DNA of 64,000 nt from Diplonema japonicum. Taxonomy: Eukaryota > Protista > Euglenozoa: Diplonemea. The notes below the pieces were generated by a model. It was not told the origin of the DNA. It worked only from the letters and a program-made list of their open reading frames with translations, and did not search any database. Shown in pieces: positions 42,497-53,300 of the stretch. The number at the start of each line of letters is the position of its first letter. Position 1 is the first letter of the stretch. Location of the stretch: positions 124,001 through 188,000 of the forward strand of contig OZ025746.1 in the NCBI GenBank assembly GCA_964019335.1, in the 5' to 3' direction. The position numbers and the translations under genes were made by a program.

Positions 42497-44149
42497 CTAT
42501 CGGGAGTAAAGCAGTTCGGAGTAAGCGTTCGGTGTGGCGTACAGTGAGGCCAGATCTCTCGCGTTATGAGGACGCCTTGGGGACACGGATTTAACAGTAG
42601 GAACGGGGACGGAGGGGATGGTGGTGTTGTTAGGGGGCGAGATTGGGTATGGGGACCGCTGTTGCATCTCCATGGCGGACATGGATTGGTTGAGCCGCTT
42701 GAGGGTGACGGAGGCTGCTTGAAGCCCGTCGTGCTGCACGGTCATGGTGCGCTCTTTGTCTGCAAGCTGCTTCAGCTTCTCGTTCACCTCGTCTCGCAGC
42801 CGCCTCAACTCTGCAGCGTCCACCCCTGCCCCTGCCCCTGCCCCTGCCCCTGCTCCTGCCCCTGCCTCCATCGTCGCCACTGTACTGGCTGAATGCATCG
42901 CCCCCCCCTCCACCATGGATGGCTTTGGCTGGCTCGGCAGTTGTTTGCTGAGCATCTCTTCCGGCATCCCAAGCCCCGTTTGCTCTTGCTGGTCGGCCAC
43001 TTGATGATTCGGAACGCCAGACAGCTGGCTAGTGTGGTCGGCCACTTGATTCGGTGTCCCAGATGCAGACTGCTGGCTCATTATCTGTTGGCTTGTCTGA
43101 CTACACATCTGATTGGGCTGGCTGTGGCCTGACAACGGTTGACTGAGAATCTGTTTTGACCCGCCAGAGGCAGATAGCTGGGTGAGGGCTTGGTGCGACA
43201 CCGCAGGTGCAGATTGTTGGCTAGGCTGGCTGTGGGCTTGGTTCAGCACCGAAGGTGCAGAGTGTTGGTAGGACTGGTTCGGCACCGATGGTGCGGATTG
43301 CTGCCCCGGAGTGTGGTGCACCACCGAAGGTGCAGAGTGCTGGTAGGACTGGTTCGGCGCCGATGGTGCGGATTGCTGCCCCGGGGTATGGTGCACCACC
43401 GAAGGTGCAGATTGTTGGCCGAACACCTGCGGGCTGCGGTTGGCCGAGGGCACTGTGTTCTCGAACACGGACGGCGCCTCATGACTCGGCGGGTTTTGAA
43501 CAGGGCTGAGAGGGACCGAATGGGGTGCGAGGGAGGGCTCTCTGTTGGGGGTGGCGGCGGGCGGGAGGAGCTCGCTTCCGGCAGGGGCAGGGGGTTGGCA
43601 AACATTGCTTTCAGAATACATGCTCTCTAGCTTCCTACCACCACCACCACCACCTCGCAACTCTCGTATTTGCTCAGTGAGCACAAGTACGGTCTCCTCC
43701 AGTGTGGCAACACGCTGCGCAAGACCGTTTGGTTGCATCACCCCTTCAAGGGACTGGACACGGCTAAGGATATCTTCATAACGTTTTGTCTCCTCCAAGG
43801 AGCGCAGGGCGTCTGCACGGCGGACGTCAGCGTTCCGTGGCGGGGAGAGGTTCATGAATGCGGCCATAGCCTGTGAGGGCTGTGTTGCCTGGGATACCTT
43901 CTGCATGTAAGCCTGCTGCTTGGCAACTGTTAATGAGAAGACAGGCCTTGCTTCTGCCAAGGCCGCCGCAAGGTTGTTGGTGCTATTCGCCACTCTCTTC
44001 CCATCCACCGCAACCACAACATCACCCTCTCTGACCCCTGCTTTCCAGGCCGCTCCTCCCACTGCTGCGCCTTCTATTCGGTTACCTTGGTAAACAAGCC
44101 CCACCAGCCCCTTGCTGTCTTTGGTCACGAGGGTTTCATGTGTTTGCAT
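42497..44149 (-). CDS. PDZ-like domain protein with coiled coils and Q/S/P repeats, ~550 aa
   Basis: GLVGLVY...AAWKAGVREGDVVVAVDG; SAPSVVHHTPGQQ repeats. Start taken at MQTHET because the upstream ORF extension is homopolymer. Confidence 0.75.
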   Translation of the reverse strand: MQTHETLVTKDSKGLVGLVYQGNRIEGAAVGGAAWKAGVREGDVVVAVDGKRVANSTNNLAAALAEARPVFSLTVAKQQAYMQKVSQATQPSQAMAAFMNLSPPRNADVRRADALRSLEETKRYEDILSRVQSLEGVMQPNGLAQRVATLEETVLVLTEQIRELRGGGGGGRKLESMYSESNVCQPPAPAGSELLPPAATPNREPSLAPHSVPLSPVQNPPSHEAPSVFENTVPSANRSPQVFGQQSAPSVVHHTPGQQSAPSAPNQSYQHSAPSVVHHTPGQQSAPSVPNQSYQHSAPSVLNQAHSQPSQQSAPAVSHQALTQLSASGGSKQILSQPLSGHSQPNQMCSQTSQQIMSQQSASGTPNQVADHTSQLSGVPNHQVADQQEQTGLGMPEEMLSKQLPSQPKPSMVEGGAMHSASTVATMEAGAGAGAGAGAGAGVDAAELRRLRDEVNEKLKQLADKERTMTVQHDGLQAASVTLKRLNQSMSAMEMQQRSPYPISPPNNTTIPSVPVPTVKSVSPRRPHNARDLASLYATPNAYSELLYSR

Positions 44150-44588
44150 AGGGGGCTGAAAATGGTTGAAAAAAAAGAAAAACATAAGGCTAAGAGGGAA
44201 AGAAGAAGAAGAAAAGAAAAACAGGTAAAGTGAAGAGAATGAATATAGAAAGAAAAGAAAAAAAAAAAGGAAAAGGGAGGGTGTGGTGGGGAAGAAAAAA
44301 AAAAAAGAACACTCAGCAGGGAGGGGGAAAAAAAAAATGCGATGGAGCAGGCGAGGTGAAGAAGAAGAAACAACAGTTTTTTTTTTTTTTTCGTTCACCT
44401 TTTTTTTTTTTTTTTTAAAGCTCCTTATGCGGCAGCCAGGCGGGAAAGAAAAACACACTAAAGGAAAGACCTCCCCCCGAGCACAAAAGAGGGAAACCTC
44501 TTTTTCTCTGTCTCCTTTTTTTTTTCTTCACTCTTCTTTCTTCCATTCAATCTTCATTTACCTGTTCTTTCCCCCCCCCCCCCCCCTT

Positions 44589-44728
44589 TCAAACTCCCGT
44601 GTTCATCAAATCATCATCATTCTGATCTTTCGGGACCAGCTTGTCCCCCTCAAGCTTGTACTTCTTCTTCATCTCAACCATCTCCGCAATATACTCCTCT
44701 GCAAAATCTTCGTCCACAGCCCGGACCT

Positions 44729-44778
<50 letters not shown>

Positions 44779-45521
44779 ACCTCAAGGACCTCTGGGATCC
44801 AGTGCATCATCATTTTTTCAATCCCGCCTTTCAATGTTGCTGAGGAGGAGGGGCAAGACTGACACGCTCCTTGCATGAGGAGGAGGACGACCCCATCTTC
44901 GAATCCAATGTATTTGATGTTCCCCCCATCTTGTTGAACCCCGGGCCGAATCCTCGTCTTCACAAGCTCCTTAATCGCCTGCACCACCTCAACATCGAAA
45001 TTTTCGTCGATTTCGGTATCTTCGTTTCCGAAGACTTCCTCGTCGGTTATGGGTTCCCCAGATATTTTCCAATCCTTGATGGCATCAGTTATAAGAGGGG
45101 AAAGCTCTTCCCAATCCCTTTCAGATTGTTTGGTCACTGTGAGCCAGTAGTCTGCAATGCATATGGACACAATGCCGTCTATTTGGAATATGGTTTCCGC
45201 TAAGGGGCTTTTCTCCGCATTCAGTTTTGAAATATCCATCACCACCCCGTGGTCCAGCAGCATAATGTCGTCCTCGTCGGTCTCAGGTGAGAATTTCAAA
45301 CAGTCCGGGTTTGGGGTGTGGTCCACTAAAACTTCTATGCGGTCTCTCATTTCCTTCTCCGCTGCGGTTGTGTATCGAGCCCTCTGCAGGGTTGTTGTTG
45401 TTGTTGTTGTTGTTGCAAAGGTACGGACCCATTGGGGGTTTTCGACAGTGTTCGTTTCCCTCCTCAACAGCCTCACGCCCCTTTGCACCATCCCTCTTGT
45501 TGCTAACCGCCGGAGAAGCAT
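44589..45521 (-). CDS. NFU1: Mitochondrial NFU1-type Fe-S cluster carrier, ~292 aa; intron 44727-44780
   Basis: Arg-rich presequence, TPNPDCLKF, IRPGVQQDGGNI, GACQSCPSS (CxxC). The poly-Lys stretch in the ORF is a 54-nt GT..CAG intron. Confidence 0.92.
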
Positions 45522-45931
45522 TTTTTTTTTTTTTTTTTTTTTTCCTGAACGATTTTTTTTTTTTGAAAAAAAAAAAAAAAAAAAAAAAAAAAACCAATGA
45601 ATCGATGTTAATTTTGTGCGAGAAGAAAAAAAGAATTTCAGATTTAAAAAAAAAAAAAAAATACAGGGGAGGGTTTTTTTTTTTCTTTTTTTTCTCAGAG
45701 GTTTTTTTTTTTTTTCTTTTTTTTTTCTTCTTCTTTTTTTTAAGACTCTTAGAACTCAGCCAATAAAAAAAATATTCTTTTTTTTAAAAAAGAAAAAGCA
45801 TCTTTTAGAGTCCTAATAAAAAAAAAAAGAAACAAAGAAAAATAGACTGTCAGGTTTCTCCTTTTCATTTCTTTTTTCATCCTTCCCCCCCTCCCCCCCC
45901 CTTTTTTTTCTGAAAAAAGAAACCCATTGGG

Positions 45932-45963
<32 letters not shown>

Positions 45964-46180
45964 GTGATGGGATAAATAGAAATAAAAAATCACACTAAAA
46001 AAAAAAAAGAGATCAACCTACCTTTTTTGTTTACCCCCCCACTGCACAGGTGAAGACATGTACGGAAAAAGGGGAAAAGCTGGCTCTACACACTCTGTAC
46101 AAAACGACAAAAAAAAGAAACCCCAATTTTTTTTTTTTTTCCTTCTTTTTTTTTTTTTCTCCCTCCCCGCCTTCCCCCAT

Positions 46181-46836
46181 CTACAGAATAAACCGGACGT
46201 GGTGCTTAAAAGCGGTCACGTTACCAGTGAACTTATCCCTGTTTTTGTGCTCGAGGTTCGCCTCCACCCCTTCAAGGAGCTTTTCAAAGGCCTCATTGAG
46301 GCGACCCTGTTTTTTTTTTTTTTTTTTCTTTCCTCCACACACCTGTCTCTCAGCGTCCGTTATCCTCCCAAGCAAAGTTTGCCTATATTGCTGCAATTGC
46401 GAATCTGTAACCAATATAAGAGGCAGCATCGGCCTGCTAATCGACCACTGGTTGGCCTGCTCATCAAACAAAATAATATGGAACATTTGTGTAAGGACTC
46501 TGTTCAAAAGACCGGGGTCAGACGCAAGGTGCAGCTGCAGCTGCTGGACGCTCTGACATGCCTTCGTCTGCGTGCTCCCCACCGCCGCCTTTTGCGTTTG
46601 CTGGTAATAAAACGAGCAAAGATGCCCCATTGCAGTTGCGGCAGACAGAGAAACCGGCTTTGCCAGCTCTATACTCATGATTCCCTTCTCCAAACACAGT
46701 AGAACCTGGAGGAACTGCGCAGACGGCAACCGCAACAACGACGGTGTGTGGCTGTTGAAGAGAATCTCCAAAAGGTAGTAGTACGACTTGCCCAGCTTAG
46801 GGTACGCGATGATGTCGTCTATAGAAATCGTCAGCA

Positions 46837-46867
<31 letters not shown>

Positions 46868-49575
46868 GTTTCTCCCATCCATACCAATTTTATAACGACC
46901 TCCAACGCGTCATCTAAAGCCGAATCACCGTACAGCGAAAACACACCGAAGTTACAGTACGATCCGTGGAGTGCTCTGCCCAGGATGTTCATGCAAATAT
47001 TCACCCCTTTGAACCCTTCGTCAAAACTCATGTTCGCTGCCTGAACAATGTTCCAACCGACCGATTGAGGTGACAATTCTTGCAGCTTGGGCATTCCGTA
47101 TGTTCTCAGTAAAGCAGATGCCTCGCGGAAGAGCAGAATACCGTTTGGAGAAGAAGCGTCAAAAGTAATTCTCTGTGCTTGGTTGTAGACAAGGTCAGAG
47201 TACAAACGAAGAAGCGGGATGAGGACATCGGTACAAGCCTTACCCCCTTGAGAGTACACCTGACAGATTTTGGGCAGCAAAGGAGGCTGCGAAACCTGGT
47301 ACGAGCTGATAAATGGGAAAACCCAGTCGAACAGCAAACCATACGTTCTTTTGTTGGCACAGGCAGATAGAACACCTCGGACATCGCGAAGCCATCCTAT
47401 AACAGCGGCTTTAACATCCGGTTGTAAATATTGTTGAGGCTGTAGTTGTTGAAGCTGGTTCGCTCTGTCCAGAAGCGGTTTCATGAAGGATTCGAATGGT
47501 CCGTCTGAAGAGGTCAACCTGAACAGAAGGTTCGCAAGAATCTTGTAGAATTTTGTGCGCTGTTTCAAATTCTGCGGTTCGTTCACAAAGGCGAAGGAAG
47601 GATGCGTGTGCTGTTGCAACAGAAGCTTCACAGTGTCGAGCTTCATAACACTGCGCCCAGAGGAGTACCCAACGCTGAGCTCCAAGAACAAGCTCAACGA
47701 CTCGTTGATCAACCTCTGACATTTAACCCACCCCTTCAAAATGCTCAGAATAATGTCAACGATCACCCGCAACACCCCGATGCTGTCCTCCAAACCCGTC
47801 AGCTCCTTCAACTTCGGGTACACCTTTGAACAAGGAATACTGGTGTCTCCAATATAAACCTTTCTAAAACCGTTTACAAAGTACAATATTGCGGACTGTA
47901 GGCGTTGTAGAGTGCTCATTTCTGTCTGTCCGGGGATGCTCAATCGGGAGATGACAACTTTTGACAATTCCAAGACCAATGCGGTGAGCTGCCCGTCGAG
48001 ACCTTCTGCTTCGGGGTCTGACGACCCGACGGCGCTGTGGTGTGAAACGATAGACCCCATCATGTAGACCATCCACGACAACCGGCAATCTAATATCTGC
48101 AGGTTTAAAAATTCCTGTTGTTGTTGTTCCGGAGACACTGTACCCGACTGGACCTTGACAATCAGATCCTTCATGGTGTTGTAGTCCGGCATGGCCATGG
48201 ACATCAGGTAAGGACCCACTTTTTCGTACAGAGATCGTGCGATGACCGGGAGGGACTCCAACTGTACCAGCAGCATATCGTTGTCCTCCAGCGAGTTTTC
48301 AACTTCATTGGGTGTTTCAACAGTCGCTCTGGCAAGGTTCAACCTTGACTGGATGTACGAGAAAACAACGTCCGGCGCGTACTGTTCGAGAAGAGGAGGT
48401 TTGCCGGTTTTGAGATACGGCAGTGCTGCCAGGAGCCTCGCCCACAGGGACAGCAGGAAGTATGAAGAGCTGGATGTGTTTTGCCAGTTCACGAAACTGT
48501 CAATCGTGAACGTTGCGGTTAGCTGGATCCACTCGTCATAGTAGGGAACATTGACGAGCTCCGCCAGCTGGTAGTTTGGTTTTATTCTGGAGAGCAGCCT
48601 GCAGAACTCGTGGTAGTTTGGTTCGTTGTTCAAACCGGTCTTCCCTCGCAGAATTGACAGGATTCCCGAAAGAATGCCTCCCAACCATTGCGACCGTTCT
48701 TGGTCGTCTGCAAAGAGCGATCGGCGAACCGACGCGAACTGAACAACGCATTTCAAAATATTTGTGGAGTGCGGCGGCGGCAGCACTTCGTACAGCTTCC
48801 AGAACATCTGCATGGTCTTAGCGTCTAGGAGAAGCGCTTTCCACGTGGACGGGATTTGAACCGTTCCCACATCTTCACAAGATTCGTCGGCAAAAATCCC
48901 GACAAAATCGAATGTTAAGCATGATAGAGTTAACAAAACCCCCATTTCAACTTCTCTGGGTGATTTCCCTGCGTTCGCAGCAGACTCTAGCGAAGCCAGA
49001 GCGACCTTGAAGATTTCTAACAGACATTTGTCTCTGAACGATACAATGGTTTTTCTGTGTTGCGAGAGAGTTAGTTTGCTGCAGGTCGTGTTGACTTCGA
49101 CAACAAGCTGGTTCAGCAGCATCAGCCCCATGGCAGGGTGGTCCGGAGATGTTTTGGAGCAGATGAAAAAACTGTGGATTTCCTGAGGGAGCTCTTGAAA
49201 CGACTCGTTGTCCAACCAGCCCAGACGGGTCACCCTGCACAGGATCGACATCACCGACGTCAGTACAAATTTTTCAAGGGTGTGCCCTCGTTGCCCTATG
49301 AAGGAAACCAGCCATGTCCGCAGCTCGTTGTGGCTCTGGCCCTGTGCCGCAAATGCGTTCCAGTTCTCCGTCACAATCTCCAGCATCGTCTTCGAGCAGA
49401 CAAAATGTGAATATTGACTTTGGCTTCTCTCCAACACGTACCGCAACGCCGGCAAGTTCTCCAGCGTCTTCAAGTCCTTCAACACCGACTCCGCCCTCGA
49501 CCTCTCAGGCCCCGTGCTGTTCCCCAGCGCCTGCTCTGCGAGCTGGTCGATCTGTCTAACCTGTTCATCATTCAT
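46181..49575 (-). CDS. XPO7: Exportin-7 / RanBP16, ~1103 aa; exons 49575-46885, 46837-46343, 46306-46181
   Basis: TVQIPSTWK, ASVRRSLF, NYHEFCRLLSRIKPNYQL, SSPNGILLFRE, NFGVFSLYGD, YPKL, NQWSISRP. Introns 46838-46884 (47 nt) and 46307-46342 (36 nt). Confidence 0.92.
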
Positions 49576-49797
49576 TTTTTTTTTCTTCCTTTTTTACTTC
49601 TTTTTCTTTTCTTTTGAGGCGCGGTTCCTCTCCACACCCCCCCCTCCCCTCTCTCCCCCCCCCTCCCGGCCCGCCTCCCTCCTTTTTTGTTTTGATAGTT
49701 GATGTGGGGGGGGGGGGGGGGAATCCAAAAAAAATAAAAAAAAGAAAACATGAGAGATTGTGTTTTTTTTTTTTTTTTTTTTCAAGGGTGGGACAAG

Positions 49798-52698
49798 TTA
49801 GAAAACCTGTGTAACCACCTTGCTCCACCCGTCCTTTCTATGGATGCCTACTAGTCTGCCTGCGTGCTTGTATATGTTCTCGCGAAGTGTGACACAAAGC
49901 ACCATAGCCCGAGTGGCGCGGGTAAGGAGGAGCGAAAGCTGATCAGAGTAGTTGCAGTCAAGCGCGGCATCGGCTTCGTCGAAGAGAATAAAAGGTGTGG
50001 GGAAGACATTGCACAGGGAGAGGGAGAAGAGGATGGACAAAAAAGCGCGTTGCCCCCCGGAGAAGGTAGTCAAAGGTCTCCAAGGAGAACCCTCCGCACG
50101 TGCAAGAAGGTGTACCCCGTGAGGAAGCAGGGAAAGAGAAAGACACAGCTCCGACCCACACAAAGATTCCAGCTCATTGTTTAAGGCTTGAACCGTCTTT
50201 GTCAACTTCGATGACCGATCGTTCACCAAAACGTTTCTTTGCTTCTCCAACATGTCGATTTCGGTATCTGTGGCGGTGATTTCTTCCTCCAGGTTTTCCA
50301 GTGATCTCAGAACGTCGACAGCGGCTTCCATTTTCCCTTCGAGCTGTCCTAATAGCTTCTTTAGAACTACCTTTTTCACGGTGATATCTTGTTTGATGTT
50401 TGCAAGCCGCAGCTCGAGGCTGGTTTCGTTTTTGGTGGAGATTTTCACCTTGGGGTTTTTCGGGCGGTTTTTTTTGAGGTGTTGAAGCTCAGATTCGAAT
50501 CTTTTGCCGGTTTCCATATGCGTTTCTAGAAGAGCCAAATGACGTGACATTTCAGCCATGGCGTGCGCGTGGCATTTCGCCAGCTCATCCGCACGGTCGC
50601 TGTATTCGTTTGCTGTTTTTTGGTGTTGTTTCACATTTGCTCTTCGTTCTCTGCACATGGAACGGGTGTTTGAGAGGTTGCTCTGAAGGGTTCCAAGGGT
50701 GCAGCGAGAATTTTGAATGAGGTTTTCTGTTTCTCTACGCAGAGCACTTTGGTAGGCGACGCCCGTCTCGAGCTCCGTGATTTTTTGAATCGTGTGCATT
50801 GTCTCGACAGCCTCTTCCATGTCGCGAGTGAGCTCCACACCGGTTCTTGTAAGGTTCTCAATCGCCTCGGCAGTTCTTGAGATCGAACTGTGTATACTGT
50901 CTCGTTTTGTTTTCAAACGATCGATCTCTGCGGAGGTTCCGCTGCACGATGCCACGGCGTTGGTCCATGCGAGTTCCGATTCAGCGAGGCTTGTCAAATC
51001 CGTTTTCTTGATGTTCTTGTTGTTGGTTCCCACCTGTTTTTTTCTTGTTGGAGATGGGACGGCGAAGTACTCGCCTTCTGTGGCGACGATTATTGTCCCT
51101 CCTTGCACCGCGACAGGCTTTTGGTAATAACGAAAAAGGTCGATCGCTTCTGTAAGGTCGGTGTCATCACCATGCAGGATGTAGCATGGGTGTTCGACAG
51201 AACCTTTTAAAAGCTTTCTTTTCGTGGGTTTTTTCACGAGATCCACATGGGCGAAGGTACGTACGGACACTCGCACGCACATTTTTGCCCTGGAGCATTC
51301 GCTGTAGATCGGGTGTTGGAACTTTAAACTACCCACCGAAACAGTTATCACCTCGTCGCATAGAACAGCTTGTATTGCATCAACGTGGCTTTCATTGTTG
51401 ATTGTTACAGGGGGCTTTGCCCACGAACAACCGCGTAGCTTCTCGGCTAATATTTCACGGGTTTGCTCGGTTTGAACAACGGGTGTTTGAATAGCAGGGG
51501 TTTCTGTTTGCGTCAATGTGATAACACGGTGCTCTGCATCGTCGCGGGTTTTCTCCTTGCGAAGCAGATCTTTTTGCAACGCGGGGAGTGCGATGTCAAC
51601 CGTTTCAACTTCCAAGCGAAGTTTCCGAAGTTTCTTGTGATGCGCTGCGAGAAGAATTTGTTTGTCCGTGGGTTCCGCTCGAACTGTGGTGGTGTTGAGA
51701 TTCTTCTCCAACATCTTTTTTTGTGCGATTTTTCTGTCAATATCGTAGCTTGCGGTGTTGAGCAGGTCCGTCCACGCTTCCAACTGTTGCGTTTCCTTTT
51801 TCTCGAGGGCTTGGCTCGACCGGATTTTTTTTTCGAGGTATTTTTGTTTCTGAAGATCCTTCGCCGCGGCTTGTCGTGCCGATGCCGCCGATCGTCGTTG
51901 GCATGTTAAATTTCGTTCCATGTTCTCCATCGCCGATTGCATTTCAACAATCTGCTCCTCCACACTTTCACCCTCCGACACGGCCCGACGCATTTCCTCT
52001 GTTTTCCGGATAATCTGCAATTCAAAATACGCTGCGAGGCAACCTTCGTGAAGCTCTTCAAGAACGTTATGTTCTGTAGTACAAGTTTGCAAGGCTGCGA
52101 ACGACTCGAATGTTGCCCGTGATTCTGTTTTTCGAGCTTCTAAAACCGAGAGTTTCGAGGTTAAATCGCACGACAATGATTTTTTCGCAGCGATTTTTTC
52201 GTTGAGCTCGGAAAGCCTTCTGAGCACGACGTCCGTACCGCACAATTCGTCCAAAAGATGCAAGTTGCTCTCCGGCGGTGAGTTGACCAGTTTTGTAGTG
52301 TTTTGCTGCGTTAAAAGAAACCGCATTGGGCAGGTCAATGACAGCCCCAATCGGGATTCCAAAGCCGCGTGGAATTTTACCTTCGATGGGATGACAGCAC
52401 TGTCGATGGTGTACTTGCATTTTTTCGTGTTTCTCGTTACGGATCTGGCTATCTTGAGGCCGTTAAGGGTCACCTCCACGTGTGCTTTGGTTTCACCTGT
52501 TGAAATTACCCCGTGGATGTCCTTCCCCTCCAACCGTAGTGTTGCTCTCTCCATCCCTAATGCGAAACATACCGCATCTGCAAGGTTGGACTTTCCACAT
52601 CCATTGTGCCCCACGATGCATGTCACAGAGGTACCTAGTCCTATCACCGTCTTACCTTTGAAGGTTTTGAAGTTTTCTAACGATATTGAAGTTAGCAT
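49798..52698 (-). CDS. Divergent SMC-family ATPase, 966 aa
   Basis: LENFKTF, Walker A GHNGCGKS, two coiled-coil arms, signature FSGGQ, Walker B/D-loop FILFDEADAALD. Confidence 0.88.
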   Translation of the reverse strand: MLTSISLENFKTFKGKTVIGLGTSVTCIVGHNGCGKSNLADAVCFALGMERATLRLEGKDIHGVISTGETKAHVEVTLNGLKIARSVTRNTKKCKYTIDSAVIPSKVKFHAALESRLGLSLTCPMRFLLTQQNTTKLVNSPPESNLHLLDELCGTDVVLRRLSELNEKIAAKKSLSCDLTSKLSVLEARKTESRATFESFAALQTCTTEHNVLEELHEGCLAAYFELQIIRKTEEMRRAVSEGESVEEQIVEMQSAMENMERNLTCQRRSAASARQAAAKDLQKQKYLEKKIRSSQALEKKETQQLEAWTDLLNTASYDIDRKIAQKKMLEKNLNTTTVRAEPTDKQILLAAHHKKLRKLRLEVETVDIALPALQKDLLRKEKTRDDAEHRVITLTQTETPAIQTPVVQTEQTREILAEKLRGCSWAKPPVTINNESHVDAIQAVLCDEVITVSVGSLKFQHPIYSECSRAKMCVRVSVRTFAHVDLVKKPTKRKLLKGSVEHPCYILHGDDTDLTEAIDLFRYYQKPVAVQGGTIIVATEGEYFAVPSPTRKKQVGTNNKNIKKTDLTSLAESELAWTNAVASCSGTSAEIDRLKTKRDSIHSSISRTAEAIENLTRTGVELTRDMEEAVETMHTIQKITELETGVAYQSALRRETENLIQNSRCTLGTLQSNLSNTRSMCRERRANVKQHQKTANEYSDRADELAKCHAHAMAEMSRHLALLETHMETGKRFESELQHLKKNRPKNPKVKISTKNETSLELRLANIKQDITVKKVVLKKLLGQLEGKMEAAVDVLRSLENLEEEITATDTEIDMLEKQRNVLVNDRSSKLTKTVQALNNELESLCGSELCLSLSLLPHGVHLLARAEGSPWRPLTTFSGGQRAFLSILFSLSLCNVFPTPFILFDEADAALDCNYSDQLSLLLTRATRAMVLCVTLRENIYKHAGRLVGIHRKDGWSKVVTQVF

Positions 52699-53113
52699 GG
52701 GAAGGGGGATGGTGTTTTTCTTTTTTCTTTTTTTTTTTACTTTTTTGTGTTTTTTTTGTTGTTGTTGTTGGGATTTTTTAAATCGCACAAATTTGATGTA
52801 ATAATCAAAAAAAAAAGAAAAAAAAGAAACGGGGGGGTTTTTTTTTCTTTTTTTTTTTCATTCTTCGTTTGAGAAAAATGAAAATATTGCATTAAAACAA
52901 AGGGGGGTAAAGGTTTTTTTTTGGGGGGGGGAGATAGCGTCTCAGAAAGAGGAGAGAAAGGCGGTGTTTACTGCATTGGGAAAAAGCAAAAAAAAAAAAA
53001 GAAAGAAAATAGGATAGAAAACTGGAACAAAAAAAAAAAACTCCCGGTTTTTTTTTTCTTTTTCTGTGGCGGGGTGGGGGGGGGAGGGTTAGAAAAACAA
53101 AGGTGCTTTCGAC

Positions 53114-53148
<35 letters not shown>

Positions 53149-53300
53149 ATAAATAATACACATCGGGAAGAAGAAAAAAAAAAAGAACGAATGAGTAAAG
53201 ATATAAATAAACACAATCCCATCCCCTCCCCCCCCCCCTTTTTTTAAAACCCGAAAACACACTATAAAAGAAAGTGGCCATTCCCCCCTCCCCCTTTTTT

